A stretch of DNA of 64,000 nt from Octopus vulgaris (lineage: Eukaryota), in assembly GCA_951406725.2 (NCBI GenBank), contig OX597823.1, positions 110,236,001-110,300,000 of the forward strand, in the 5' to 3' direction. The notes under the pieces are model-generated. The model had not been told where the DNA came from. It did not search any database and saw only the letters and a program-made list of their open reading frames with translations. Position numbers and translations under genes: made by a program. Positions 29,350 to 43,202 of the stretch are shown here, piece after piece; position 1 is the stretch's first letter; every line of letters begins with the position of its first letter.

Positions 29350-31140
29350 GGTAATAACGAACATCTGTTATGCAAACTCATAAGACAGGTTAGCAAGCTG
29401 TCTGGATCCACGCTCTATAGATATTCCAAATGTTATTTGATGGGTTATATATGATTAAAACCATGATATAACCGACATATATTAATTTTAATCTTGACCA
29501 TTTTAAAATTAAAACCAAAAACTATTGTCAAATTTACCAAATATTTTCTTGAAACTACTACCTTGTATATCATTTTACGAATAAAAAAATTATGAATGCG
29601 ATTAATTTCTCTCAGTTGTAGTAGTTAAAATTTGAAGTGCATGGAGTTTTCCCGATAGTCTTTATTTTGACGCCATGCCTTCTTCCCACATCGTTGTTGT
29701 ACCCCCTAATCTTCGCCATAAATGAAATATGAGATTCTCATAAATAAAAATGTCAGTAGCACTCAAACGATTAAACTTCTGACTAGCTGTGACTCTGGTC
29801 TTCCATATTTCTTATTTTTTTATTTTGCTTCTCTGTTAGTAAAAGCAGAACAAATATTTTAACAACCTGATGAATCCTCAAATTTTCTTTTCAAATGATG
29901 TGGTATGAAATTTAGTGGAGACTACCCGTTCACAAAATACATGGAGAGTCAGTTGACGGTTTTTAGGGATGACTGCAAGCAATATTTTAATAAAATCGTC
30001 GTCCTCTGCTCATATATAGAATCATCTTTGCTGGCTTTTATCTTTTATTTGAGATGCTGGTAACAATCATTTTATTTCACGTGAGACAAACAATCCTCCC
30101 CAAACTACTGTACCTAAGTTAGAAAACTTAGCTACAGTTTATGCCTTTTACGTAATATGTTTTACCAAATTACAAACACGTTGCCCTCCCAAAGCCTTCA
30201 TTTTTCAACTTATAATTAATCATACATTCACTGTAGAACTTATATGAATAAGTGACGTGTTCCTTTGTAGCTATTATTAGACTAGAAGTCAAGTTAACGT
30301 ATACATAGACCTGTTGTTTTGAGCACCCTGCACCGGGAGCGTGAAGTGCTGTTTTAAATTTTCATAATTTTTAAAGAACGTAGCTGGACTGTAATTTACA
30401 CGCTTCAATACATTTTTTTACAATTGTGCTGAATATTTTAACTTCTATACTAACGATTGAAAGCACCGCTGAGTTTTGAACTCCAGACAATTTCATGTTA
30501 ACGTGCATAGGAAGAATCGTCTATATAGAAATTCGACTCCAATGATATAGCCGCCAAATCTCCCACAACGCAAAATCAATCTAATGTGTCAAGGATACAT
30601 TAAATAAAATAAACTTACATGAAACTTGAAGCCAGAAAAGTTGAAATATTTTAACGATATTTCAGTTTCATGTGATTAGGCCTCGGACTGAAGAACAACA
30701 ACAAAAATCTCTTCATGGCTCTAATGAGTGTCACAAAGATCTATGTTGTAGATAGCTAATGAAGCTAAAACGAAGGTTGTCTGGAATCATAGGATATCTC
30801 TAAAAACAGACAGCAATGCATGCAGAAATCAATTATTAGAAAAAAGTGCATGAAATTGGTATTTCAATTTTTAACCCCAAGCCCTATATTTTAACCACAA
30901 ATACATTAACGTTACATATCTACATCTATTCCAATATATCTATTGTTACTCTTCTAATGCATCGTTTGCATCACACATATATGTAAGTCTGCGTGTGTTC
31001 GTGTCCGATTTCATATACATATACATACAAACACACACACATATATATATATGTATATATATACATATATATATACATATACATATATACATATACATAT
31101 ATACATATATATATACATATATATATATACATATATATAC

Positions 31141-31186
<46 letters not shown>

Positions 31187-32261
31187 TTGTATATGTACAT
31201 ATATATGTGTGTCTGTATGTATATACATACTTATGTGTGTATGCATATTTATATTTGTATATATATATGTCCACTATATTTACACATACAAACATGCACA
31301 CATGCATACATACATGCATACATACATACATATATAGGTTCGTACCTATAAACGTATATGAATGTATAAATATATGCATATGTGTGAGCAATTTTACTAT
31401 TACATATGTGTAATTCCTGTATGAATTATGATCCATTCATGTATATATTTGTGTGTATACATATGCGGTTTTGTGTGGATATATATACATGTGTTTCTGC
31501 ACATTTATCGTGCCTCCATTAATCTGCAAATATTTTGATATTTAGAACGTTTAAGGTGCGTGTCATAATTTGGCTTTTACAGAATGAATTTTCCATTTGT
31601 TGGCAGAACAACAAAACATAAGGAGGAGCCAGAAAAATACCAAAAAAAAAAAAAAAAGAATCTACAAGGAAAAATGTTTATGTATATATTTGACTCTAGT
31701 ATCAATCTCCTAAATTCCAAATATTAAAACTTATAATAAATTGTTTCATTATTTTGTCTGCTAGTGCCAAAGAAGCATGAAATTATTTGATATTAGTCAA
31801 GTGTTTGCTTCCATTTGTTTCAGTTCCTGCAATGGTGCTGTTTGAGAAACGTCTGAGTCAGATTATTATCAATGATATTGCTTTGTTAATAAAAATGAAA
31901 ATTTATTGCCAAAAATGCTAAATTTGGTAAAAAAAAAAAAAAAAAACAGAAAGAAAAAAAGACAAAAAAAAAGAGAACGGAAAACAACATCCCATAGGGA
32001 AGCACAATAAGAGAAAATAATAAAATTTGTTACACACACACATACATACATATATATATATGTATGTATGTATATATGTGTGTGTGTGCGTGTGTGCTAT
32101 ATTGGATGACAAGATTATATTGGATGCAAGAGATTTGTAATTGTTTGAATATTACAAATGTATTTGATGATGAATAAACTGGTGAGATTGTCGTATTAAA
32201 TGATGACAGACACTATTTGCTGATTAGATAGACATGACCTGTAGTTATAGTTATAGACTGT

Positions 32262-32332
<71 letters not shown>

Positions 32333-32333
32333 C

Positions 32334-32368
<35 letters not shown>

Positions 32369-33300
32369 CATACATATATATACACATAGTCGTATGCATA
32401 TTGTATTTGATGCTGACTGTACAGATTTATAGTACCTAATACACATGTACACAAGCATTGATATGTATATGTATGTGTATATACATGTATGTATGTATGT
32501 ATGTATATATGTATGTGTGTATATGAATACATATATGCATGAGTATAATATTGTCGATCAAAACCCGGATCAGGAAAGGCCGGAAATATTAACAGAGTAG
32601 ACATAACATACAACCCTTAGAAATTGTCTCATCGAAAGTTGGTGGCGTTTCTATTATCAAAGATTATATACTGATGATCATAAGTTTAGATAATATAGTA
32701 TGAAGAGAAAAGGAACCAGACGTTTCGAGAATTACCCTTCATCGAAGAGAAAAATTATTTTTCTGTCCCGCTAAAGATGAAGCATTACGGAGTGGATTTA
32801 GGCCGGCAAGTTTTGTATACTTAATCGATGTTTTGTTAGCTGTCAATTTTGTGTTTAAAATATCTTGCTGGATCTCAAGAATAAAAACTGTCTAAAATGA
32901 GTTTTTCTAAGATATTTCATTTGAATATTGACTTATTTTAGAGTGATTGATGACAAAAGTAAACTTGTCTGTTTCAGAGTATCTAGGATCACATTATACA
33001 ATCTGTCTTTTTTTCTTTAAGGCATTACAAGGAATGCTTTGAAAGAGGGTGATTTGACTGATTTCCTTAACAGATTGAGACACTATACAGACATCGCTAT
33101 TGCCTTGTTTCCTTCACGTAAAATCTAGAGGAGGATGATTTATCAATTCCGTTAGAAAAATCACAGTAGTAGTGATGAAGATATGAGGTGTAGAGTAAAG
33201 TATAAGGTGGACTGTGTTGAATACATTTTGGAATTTGCTGTTTTATAGGAGTGAATGTAGTTACAGTGAGGATAAAAAACAACGTAGTTATGACCTACAA
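29350..33300 (-). pseudogene. TLR-like pseudogene 5, near full length, split by microsatellites
   Basis: Signal-like ITTLFFILTVTTF then YCDFSNG (33150-33290). CLNLLRKSVKSPSFKAFLVMP (~33050). SSNTFVIFKQLQISCIQYNL (~32140). PLQELKQMEANT*LISNNFML (~31800). TIR YENLIF/IYGED, RHGVKI and INRIHNFFIRKMIYKVVVSRKYL..FGFNFKM (29490-29745). Confidence 0.68.
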
Positions 33301-33349
33301 ACTGCAGTGAATGTTAGAATCTTGAGTATTTGACCATATGAATAGATAG

Positions 33350-35276
33350 TAGCTACATGTGCTCAATAATGTTTGTGTGCTTAGTAACAACACTGACCAG
33401 AATATATGTCCATTTCTTCAACCTCGGTCATATTTGAGCTTTGATGACATTCAATATTTCTTCACTGTAGTGATATTTGCCTGAATACTGCATCAAATAT
33501 CTAGATCTCAGTATCAGCCATGCAAGTTAAATATGAAACTTCATCAATAGTTGTGCATTGTTCACTGCATAAAAAGACATTAATGCAACACTTACACGTA
33601 GTAATTTTTTAGTTGGTGTTACAGGCAACTATTTTGGCAGAGGTTTCAGGTATATGTTATGGAAGTTCACGTATCTGGCAAACTGTTTTCCTTATCTGTT
33701 GACGTCAACTTTGTAAGAATATACCGTTAAGACGGCGTAAAGAGAAATATATATCATTTGCTTAGTATGTATAATGAAATGTAATAGAAAATTTATAATT
33801 GGTGTAGGTAACATATCTTAATCCCTGAACAACACCAACGTGAATTGGATATGTGGGAAAATGACCACTACCAAAAGGAAAAACTAAAACAATTGGCATG
33901 GTCTTATTGTAAACATCCACGCCATTAAATAAAAGATATGCGCAACAGCCGCTTGTAGAGGGACTAACATTAGCTAAGATATTCTCGAAGCGACATCGGC
34001 CAAAAGCTTATGCTAAATGCAACAGTATGCTGGGCCACCTTTGACCACACCATTGTCTAATATACGTGAAAGATGAATACTTTGAAGAATATATGATCTG
34101 GTACAGTTTGATGGAAAAAGAAAGAAAACTGCCAAGATTTACCATCACTTTTAATCAAGGCATGATTGGAGAAAATCATGTATCATGCACTTGATAATAC
34201 ATCAAAACCTATGTATATAACTGTACATGCGCATGGAAGTGGGATTCCCTGAAGGATCTCAAGAGTTATGTTAATTGACAGGATGCTTAGCTTGGAGATT
34301 AGTGATTCTCTCCAGGTAGAGCCGCACCTTCCCTTCATTGAGAAGCCATGAGGGACCACAGTTTCGTTACTACGGAGATAAAATTAGATTGCTGTCGGAA
34401 AGAATCACAAGGTAGAATTTTTCAAGGTGAGCCAACTGGCAAGGTAGATCTAGAACAAGATGGTTGGAAAATATCCATAGCCTCAGTTGGTCACGCTTAG
34501 GGATCCAGCTGGAAAATGTAATAAAGGTTACTTTAGATAGACCCTCTGGAGGAGATGCCTGAAGGCTCCGGTAGTATGACACTTCGAGGAATAATGAGTA
34601 GAGAATCTACAAGCAGATGTACATGTCTATGTTTTTTTTCTTATTTATAAGCGACCCCGTTAAATGTGTCTATATTTCCACATATGTGCACCCGTGTTTA
34701 TAAGCGCGTTACTGTGATCCAGGTCAACATTGTATAATAAGCGTATCCAAACTGATATTGGTGACATGCTGTCACAAATATAATAAAGAGAGGTACAATA
34801 AATCCACCTTTCTCTTGCTCCATAACAGACAATAATTTTTCTACTACCTCCCCTATCTTACACACAGCTATCTTTCCTTCTCTTCTTATTCCAAAAGCTG
34901 TAAACATTCCACATGCTGGATTCGGAAGGAATCATCTACAGACATCTTCTACTGGGAATAGCCATGCTTACCATCATTCTCCCTGTAATCTAACAAATGA
35001 TTTTGGTACTTGGAATGCTTCCCATCAAATTTGAGATCGCACTTTTCTTGCCGCCTACTCACGTATAATTTCTTTGCCTATTCAAACTGTAAAACTACAT
35101 TTTCCTCAGGATTTTCTGCATAACCTGAGCGGGGATTTGGTCTGCGTTGTTATCTCTTAATTTGACCTCATGTAATGTATTACGTTTTCTGATCTGTGGC
35201 CAATGGCTTTCTTGCCTTCGTATTTCCTGCTCTACGTGGTAGTATGTTATGGAATTCATATATGTATGTGTGTATT

Positions 35277-35316
<40 letters not shown>

Positions 35317-35348
35317 TGCATGTATGTATGTATGTATGTATCTATCTA

Positions 35349-35415
<67 letters not shown>

Positions 35416-36430
35416 GAAATACACGCACACACATATACGTACATGCATAAGACATTCATATTACATATATATACATAATATATATATATGTGTGTGTGTG
35501 TGCGTATATGTGTGTGGATATATTTGTATGTACGTATGTAGATATGCGTGAGTCTATTTGTTTGTAAGTATGTTTTGACATATAGAGTGAGAGAAGCTAA
35601 ATAGTATATCGTGATAAGTATCTAAATATAATATTAATAATACAAAATGCAGACCATAATTGAGAATTGTAATTTTGAATTTTTCGCTTTCATGTAATAT
35701 TACGAAATATTCATAGATTTTATCACATGCTATGACTTAGATATCAAATGAATCGCTGATACCTTTCACTGTATTATCAAATTAAATGTGGAGTATGAGA
35801 GATAACCTCTCTCAATCACAAATGAATTTTTACACCTTGTGAATTAATAACGGACTCCATTACGATATTGTGACTGACACATTTCGTTTAGTATTGTTTT
35901 TGTGTTTTCTTTTCCCAAATTTGGCACCTTAGAATTTCGATTAACTCTATATAGTGCTAATTCTGCTATTTAATGATGTCTTTTATATAAAATCTGATTT
36001 CAAATTGACTTTAATTCTGTCTGATTTCTCCATCTCAATTGCAAGTTAATATGATATATACGATTGCTACATGACTGCTACATTATTGTAAACACCGCTG
36101 GCAGTAGTTCATTGTTTACCACAGTGCAATACATATTCACAGTTGGATTGTTGTTTAATGCGTTTAACCCTGAGTTTTCTCTAATCAAGCTGAGCTATGC
36201 TGGTCTTGCACGGAGTATTTGCATTTCTTTCGGATATAATGAATCTCATACGGTATTATCTAATCTAGGTTTTCTTTCTTTGTCAAATGAAGAGTGAGAT
36301 TTGAGCGTCGATGTTTGTTGCCACAAGCAGTTATTCGCCTTCTTCGTATAGTTTGTTCTCCTACACAGATTAGCGCTGAGTGTAAGAATTTATGATCAAT
36401 GTTACTCCAGTCATCAGTTATCGGTCTATT
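33350..36430 (-). pseudogene. TLR-like pseudogene 6, interrupted by an RTE fragment and microsatellites
   Basis: LHLTKKENLD, LYPKE.., MYCTVVNNELLPAVF..CSNRIYHI (36050-36290). AKKLYVS and I*WEAFQVPKSFVRL (34985-35080). TM MPIVLVF/FLLVVVIF (~33870). TIR NDIYFS/YA, YVNFHNIYLKP, INVFLCSEQCT and LKKWTYI (33390-33760). Confidence 0.62.
34240..34605 (+). mobile_element. RTE-like LINE 3' end fragment
   Basis: Plus strand QGRSRTRWLENIHSLSWSRLGIQLENVIKVTLDR resembles the RTE C-terminal GRPRTRW..DR..WR motif. Confidence 0.72.
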
Positions 36431-36442
36431 TTCATATGCGTT

Positions 36443-36478
<36 letters not shown>

Positions 36479-36644
36479 TATGCATATATAAAAAATAAAT
36501 ATATATATACGCACAATATATATATGTGTGTGTTTGTGTATTATATATACACACATATATATATATATATATACATATATACACATTCACACCCACATAT
36601 ATAGATATGTATATATACATACATATATATATGTACACACACAA

Positions 36645-36676
<32 letters not shown>

Positions 36677-36806
36677 CTGTTTTTAAAAAAACATTTTCCT
36701 CCTTTTTTACAACTTCCGTCTTTTCAGTATGTGACCTCGTGAAGACTACCTGCAATTTTTTTTTTTTTTCCTCTGTCCTCCCGTCTCGGGATCTTTCTTT
36801 CTCCTA

Positions 36807-36843
36807 TGTTTCCGATGAAGAGCTCCGCTCGAAACGTCATACC
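36807..36843 (+). ncRNA. Minimal hammerhead ribozyme-like motif inside a PLE-type repeat (~36740-36940)
   Basis: GTTT-CCGATGA-A-GAGC-TCC-GCTC-GAAAC-GT-C-ATAC: 4-bp stem II, palindromic ACGT stem III and GUC triplet. Two apparent substitutions. Confidence 0.5.
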
Positions 36844-37589
36844 CTCCTTCTTCCATTTTCCTGAGCGCCTAATAATAATAATACTGTAATTGTTCCACGT
36901 GTTGTTGTTTTTTCTGTTTTCCCGTTTGGATTAACCTTATATATACATATATATATAGGCGTATATACCGGCGCGCTTCGCTTTATGTCGGCCAAACAGA
37001 AGGCATCGGTCAACAAATGTTGTAAAGGCTATGGGTTTTCATTGAAGCGGAAACTGAAAACTTCTTTCATGACTCTTGTTTCACGCCTGATGGGTGAAAT
37101 ACGTTTTGCAACTCACCTATCAGTTTTAGTTTCAGTTATATATATATATATATATGTAAACAAACTTTTGGGCTTTGTATTTGGAAGCGTCGAATGTGTA
37201 TCATATCATATAGACAAGAAAGTCATATCTTGAACGCAGTTTATTTTGAATGCCGTGAAAACAAAAGAAAGTTTAGGTATTTTATCCTTATACGGCGTCA
37301 AAAAATTTGCCAGTTGACAGCCAAGTGACTCAAACCCGCACCTCCAGATACCGGTTGATTACTTTACCGATATGATAAACATTCGACGCTTCTAAATATA
37401 CAAAAACCACTAGTTTACATATTTTGTGGCATTTCAAATGAAGCTATGTATTGAGCGTTTAATTTGGCGGAAATTGTCAGCAGGCAGTTTAACTCAATTG
37501 GTAGACTGCTCAGATGTGTGGGTTCGAGTTCAGACAACGTCTTCCATCATATAAGGGTAAAACGCCCATTTTTTCTGTTGTTTTTACGA

Positions 37590-38365
37590 CTATACACCTC
37601 CTTGACCGACGACCACAACAAATAAATCAGACATCTATTTTCGTACATTGTGCAGCTGCGCGTACGTTAACTATGGCAGCATCTGGCAATACAAGCCTCC
37701 CTCAGACTCAGGCATCCTCTGCCTGCCACTGTCTGTCACTCAGTCGCTTTCAAGCATCAGTTGCATGTGGATTTATTTACAGCTGAATCTGAAAAATCCC
37801 TAAAATGACTGGTAAAAAGAAAATGCTTTCATCTATAGATGTAGCAGTCAAGGAAGGCTATTCATTTAGACTGTACATACACCAATACGAAAAAGGGTGA
37901 CAAGATTCAAAGCTTTTAAGAATAGGTTAACTTTGCTGCTTGGTGGTGATGCCGCAGTTTTTAAGCTGAAGGCTTTTCTTACCTATGATTCGGAAAACAT
38001 ACACTGCCCGTTTACTCCCGTTCAAGCACGATTCGACTCAAGCACGATTCGAAGACTGGTTCATGAACTGCTTCATTCTCCAGGATCGTGAATATTGTGC
38101 GGAGAGAGGTGTCTTTTCAAGATTTTATTGATTACGGACTAAACATTGACTTTAGATTGCATTCTTGTTTGCAATACAATGGAATAGATATGTATTTTTC
38201 ATATTATGTACAATAATTATGGATTAAATTTTTGCGTTTTATATATTTTTGTAACCCGTTTGAATGAAAGTAATGTTGAAAAATATAAACCTGACATACG
38301 ACCAGATTGACTTACGACCTGTCAGTCGGAACGGAATTCGGTCAAAAATCGAGGTGTGCTCCGTT
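37590..38365 (+). mobile_element. Internally deleted pogo/Tigger DNA transposon relic
   Basis: ORF 37897: RFKAFKNRLTLLLGGDAAVFKLKAFLTYDSEN, matching the Tigger GFKASKDRLTLLLGGNAAG-KLKP..HSEN motif. Degenerate terminal repeats: CCTCCTTGACCGACGACC / GGTCAAAAATCGAGGTG. Confidence 0.78.
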
Positions 38366-38406
38366 CGAAATATTACTTTCTTGTTTGTGCGCGTGTGTAT
38401 GTGTGT

Positions 38407-38452
<46 letters not shown>

Positions 38453-38479
38453 ATATATATGATGCTTCCTTATTACTTT

Positions 38480-40190
38480 TTTCCCCAAATTTATCTGGAC
38501 CACACTAGTTCTTTAGCTGAACTACTTTACCTCTACTACAGCTGAGATGTAATCCACTGACTTGTCCTAATTCATTAAGTACCCCAGTTATTCCCTTAAG
38601 TGTGGTACTGAACAACTCTATTTTTGATGTTTCGATACCATGACAATGACATCGTATAGTCACGGCTCTTCTACATTCCAATTTTATACACCTTGATACT
38701 TTCAGCTTCCGCAATGAAGTAAAATTGTATCTGCTAATGTTCGAATCTATCAAACGTCTTGGAACAATGAAGATTCATCAACGCTATAGCAGAGCTAGAT
38801 GCAGTTCTCGCTTTCTTTACGGTACATCGCATAAAACAAGATTGTCCAATGTATTTCTGCAGAGTCTTATAAGTGCCAGTGTAAAAATCTTTGCTTGTGC
38901 TATGATAAAAGTCATTAACTTTGATTTCAGGACATTTGAGCATTAACTCGGTCTGCTATCAATACTGATAGACTTCTACTAAAGGAAGGATGAATAATTC
39001 CGATTGAAGGAGAGAACTAAATCAGTACAAATGCACATAGAGTCCTCAATTTCAAACACATGAATCCCATTTCATAATAACTCCACCTCTTCTAATGTGA
39101 CATCTGTCAAACAGTTTAAAATGGCATGACTCCTCCAGGCTATTTGGCAAACTACCACACGTTTTTAGTAATCTCGTACCCTAATATATATTTACATGAG
39201 CTTTGATAATTCATTTTAGATTACCAAGCTAATACAGTCCTTCTATGTACCGTAAATACAATGCACAACTTTTCGTGATTGAGACTTTGCCTCTGAGTGT
39301 CCTATCTAAACTGGGCGCACAGAACCAACACAAAAAGTTCTGATTATCCTTATTCACTTACCCATAAAATACGTTAAATAATTTCAATCTCGAAGAAAAT
39401 TTGCGATTTGAAAATTCTCAATGTCGCATTCGGTAATTTACGTAATTGCAAACAAGTAAACAAAATTAAACAATTATTGGATCCTTTTCTCATAATCGCT
39501 AGTGTTATCCATTACCAAAGTGCGCCTATGATATATTTACACATATATTATATTACATTTCATATATACGAATTCACAGATTGTAACCAACCCGTGCTGC
39601 TATCTTCTTTGACTATTGCACAACTCAATTTAGTGAGATTCTAACACGTACAACAGACTATCCACCTACTCAGCCACTAGCATATTTTATAAATAAAATT
39701 ATAAAAATGCAGAAAGATACAAGATACAAGATGTTGATGTATATCTCTTAGCGCTTTCAAGTTTGAATGTTGTCGGTGAAAACCATTACACCATTGATGT
39801 AATGAACAACTTATTGTAAATCATGTTATAATAACAGAAGACAGATAGAGAAATGGAGAAAGAGTGCCAGGAATAGGGGGGGCAAGAAAAGCATAAGGAG
39901 AAGAGTGTAATAGAAAGTCGGAGTGTAATATAACATATCTCTGTGTATGTGTGTGTGAGTAAACAAATAAATAAATAGAGAGAGAGAGAAGGGGAAAAGA
40001 TGGTGACAACGGTTAGATGTTTTGTTGAGTTGAAAGGAGAAATCAACCACTTAAACAAATTATATTCCGACTTTATTTTACTTCCTTGCTTGAGATATAA
40101 AATCATAATATTGTACATTAAGTAGATCATAGACATAGCAAAGCATTACATGAGACAAAATTGAGAATTAAAGTAGCTGAAAAGCAAGCA
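38480..40190 (-). pseudogene. TLR-like pseudogene 7 (ectodomain only; TM/TIR not found)
   Basis: EYNLFKWLISPFNSTKHLTVVTI (40000-40070). YNKLFIT..FSPTTF/NLKALRDI (39735-39820). LNCLTDVTLEEVELL*NGIHVFE..LVLSFNR (39000-39120). FTSLRKLKVSRC and LKGITGVLNELGQVSGLHLS (38540-38725). Confidence 0.66.
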
Positions 40191-40732
40191 AATCCCTTAA
40201 GTCAGTAATTGGGAAAACACACATAGTCGAGAACATCCCTCGCACTGCTAGTAACTGCAGAGATTTCTAAGCCAGTCAAAAGAAAAAATATAAAACTAAG
40301 TACATGGAGAGGCAGTATAGGGACATAACTGCAGTTTATTGCAAGCGCGGTCTGCAATGTAGATGAAAGAATAAAATTACTTTGGTGTGAGCAAAAAGTC
40401 AAGCAACCAGCTTCTATTTACTGTAAACACGGCATAAATAAACATGGATTGACCGATTTAGAAAAATGAACTAAAATCCGTTTCGCATATCGACACGTTC
40501 TGCATCACAGGTAGTTAACTGAGGCAGTGAACATACTACGAACGAGAAGCCTAACCCAGCGGCTTACCTCAGCCGAAAAGACCGGTGGGGTAACAATACG
40601 TTTACCAATACAACAAGATATGAAAAGCACCAATACAACACACCAAACAAATGGTAAATCTACACGGATCATCATAACAGAAACATCATTATACGCCTGT
40701 GTATATATACATATACATACACACATACATAA

Positions 40733-40774
<42 letters not shown>

Positions 40775-40889
40775 TAAGTATGCTCGTATCCTTGTATCAT
40801 TGAGTGTATACACACACACACAACACACACGCACATATAACAAGCAAGTAGCCACATCTCTGTAAGAGATAAAAGTAGTAACTATTCTA

Positions 40890-41178
40890 GGAATTAATAT
40901 TTATCGCCACATCAATATGGGTGTTCCATAGAAATCGACGTTACTGCAGTTTTTAACCCTAGGCGGAGCTTCCTCCAGCGAGTTATCCAAGCAATTTGCA
41001 CCCGATATATTTTGCAAGAAGGGGAGCGAACCCCTACCATAGTCTAGTTCCCTCTGTTTGCAATATATATCGGAGCAAATTGTATCAATTTCTAGCTGAA
41101 GGAGGGTCCCGGGGTTAAAACCGTAGTAATGTCGATTCCTATAGAACAGCCTTATTTATGTGACGACCAACATTACTA
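40890..41178. mobile_element. Fold-back/MITE-like element (~135-bp imperfect inverted arms)
   Basis: Left arm ..GTTCCATAGAAATCGACGTTACTGCAGTTTTTAACCC..CAATTTGCACCCGATATATTTTGCAA pairs with right arm TTGCAATATATATCGGAGCAAATTG..GGGTTAAAACCGTAGTAATGTCGATTCCTATAGAAC. Confidence 0.8.
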
Positions 41179-41187
41179 ATATATATT

Positions 41188-41598
41188 CTCTCTTTCTCTT
41201 TTAGTTGTTTCAGTCATTCGACTGCGGCCATGCTGGAGCACCGCCTTTAGTCGAGCAAATCGACCCCGGGACTTATTCTTTGTAAGCCCAGTACTTATTC
41301 TATCGGTCTCTTTTGCCGAATCGCTAAGTGACGGGGACGTAAACACACCAGCATCGGCTGTCAAGCAATGCTAGGGGGACAAACACAGACACACACACAC
41401 TCACACACACGCACATATATATATATACATATATACGACAGGCTTCTTTCAGTTTCCGTCTACCAAATCCCCTCACAAGGCATTGGACGGCCCGGGGCTA
41501 TAGCAGAAGACACTTGCCCAAGATGCCACGCAGTGGGACTGAACCCGGAACCATGTGGTTTGTCAGCAAGCTACTTACCACACAGCCACTCCTGCACC
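41188..41598 (-). mobile_element. SINE family A, full length
   Basis: Near-identical to 5157-5595. Confidence 0.92.
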
Positions 41599-41612
41599 TA
41601 TATATAATAGTG

Positions 41613-41672
<60 letters not shown>

Positions 41673-41709
41673 TATATATAATATATATATAATAGTGTAA
41701 TAAATAAAA

Positions 41710-42240
41710 TATATGCATACATACAAACATATATGTACGTACCTACATCTACATGTATACATACATGCATATATAAATAAATATACGTGTGTACAGGACA
41801 CCACAAATAGACGTAGAACTCAACGAGAAACGAAAAATTAAATACAGCATGGAACGGACCATTGCTTTAACAACGAAAAAACAGAGTACAAGACAACTAC
41901 ACAAGGAAAAATCCCCTTCATCAGCTGTCCCTAGTTCAACTCCAGCGTGTTTCGAAGGTGAGGACAGAACACGTCTCGTCGAACAAGTCCTTCCTGCGAA
42001 AGAATTAAATAAAATTCCTTTGCAGAGAGGTAAAAACAAGGAAAAATGTGACAAAAACAGGACGTAAAAACAATACAATTAAAAACAAATACAAAATAAA
42101 AATACAATTATAAAACATACAGTACAAGAAGGAATAGAAACAGAACAGGGAAACAAATAATGAGGGCCTATAAGACTAGACGAGGAAAATTTTTTTTCAC
42201 GAGCGCAGGAAGAAACATGTTTACTTGAAGGCCGCCATAT
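41710..42240. mobile_element. Second copy (opposite orientation) of the repeat at 25581-26439
   Basis: The reverse complement shares CCTTCGAAACACG..CTGA(A/T)GAAGGGGA(A/T)TTTTCCTTGTGT and TGTAGGTACGTACATAT. Confidence 0.72.
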
Positions 42241-42268
42241 ATATATATATATATGAATAATCACAGAC

Positions 42269-42829
42269 GATGGATAATTGTCAGCTCATTACAATTGTTT
42301 CTTACACATCTTTTTAATAGAAGAATGAGAAAATTATTCCAGTACAAAAAACCGTAATTATCAAATGAAATGTAATTTTTCAAACAAAAGAAATATCCCT
42401 AGAATACAGCAGGGACATGACTGAAGTCTGTCGAGGCCAACTATGAAATGGGAGAATAACCAACAAAGTTGGCCGTTGAGGTTAAGTATATAGTTCTTAA
42501 AAGTGTGTAATATGATATCTAAGGTCAGCGACCGGGTGAGATAAGAGATTGCTAGACTGGTCCTTAGGTAGGCTGGAGTGAGGTGTAGGTGATATTTTAT
42601 AATAGTAGGCTTAGAGCGGTGGGTAGCTGGGAAAGAACCTGAGAAATTAAGGATAAAGAATGAAGAATAAAGTTAGCAAAATGTAAAAGAGAAGAAAAAT
42701 AAAGAAAACTAAATGCATGGAGGCCAATTGAGCATGTGGTTGGGGTTAAAGATTCGCTAGCTAAGCTTCTCATTCTTCTATTTAAAAATGCGTAAAAAAG
42801 AAGCTGTAATGGGCTGACAATTATCCATC
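42269..42829. repeat. Element with ~62-bp imperfect inverted repeats and a ~435-bp spacer
   Basis: GATGGATAATTGTCAGCTCATTACA..TAGAAGAATGAGAA (42269-42331) versus TTCTCATTCTTCTA..TGTAATGGGCTGACAATTATCCATC (42767-42829). Confidence 0.8.
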
Positions 42830-43140
42830 CTCTGGTATTATTCATTTGATTATAATCCATCAAGAGGATTTACGACTTTTCGGACACCCTAGAGTATACC
42901 AGTAACGTGCAATTCAATCTAACGCGTAATTTGGACCAGCCCCTAGGTGGTGCTAAATACTCGTAGGGTTGGTTTTCTTTGAGTACACAACGGGGATAGA
43001 CTATTTGATGGTTATCAGCCATAGGCAGGGACTTCAGGTTTATCCAACCATACTTGGTGCATATCTTTTCAAGTACTTGATTCTATCAGAACCCTTAATA
43101 TACCATCTCTCTCTCTCCTTCTCTGTAAATATATATGTGT

Positions 43141-43202
<62 letters not shown>

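Noticed and set aside
40202-40330. Hydrophobic stretch first read as the signal peptide of pseudogene 7
   Set aside because: It follows TIR box 1/2 remnants and fits the TIR C-terminal beta strand plus Y-x-x-P motif better, so it was assigned to pseudogene 8.
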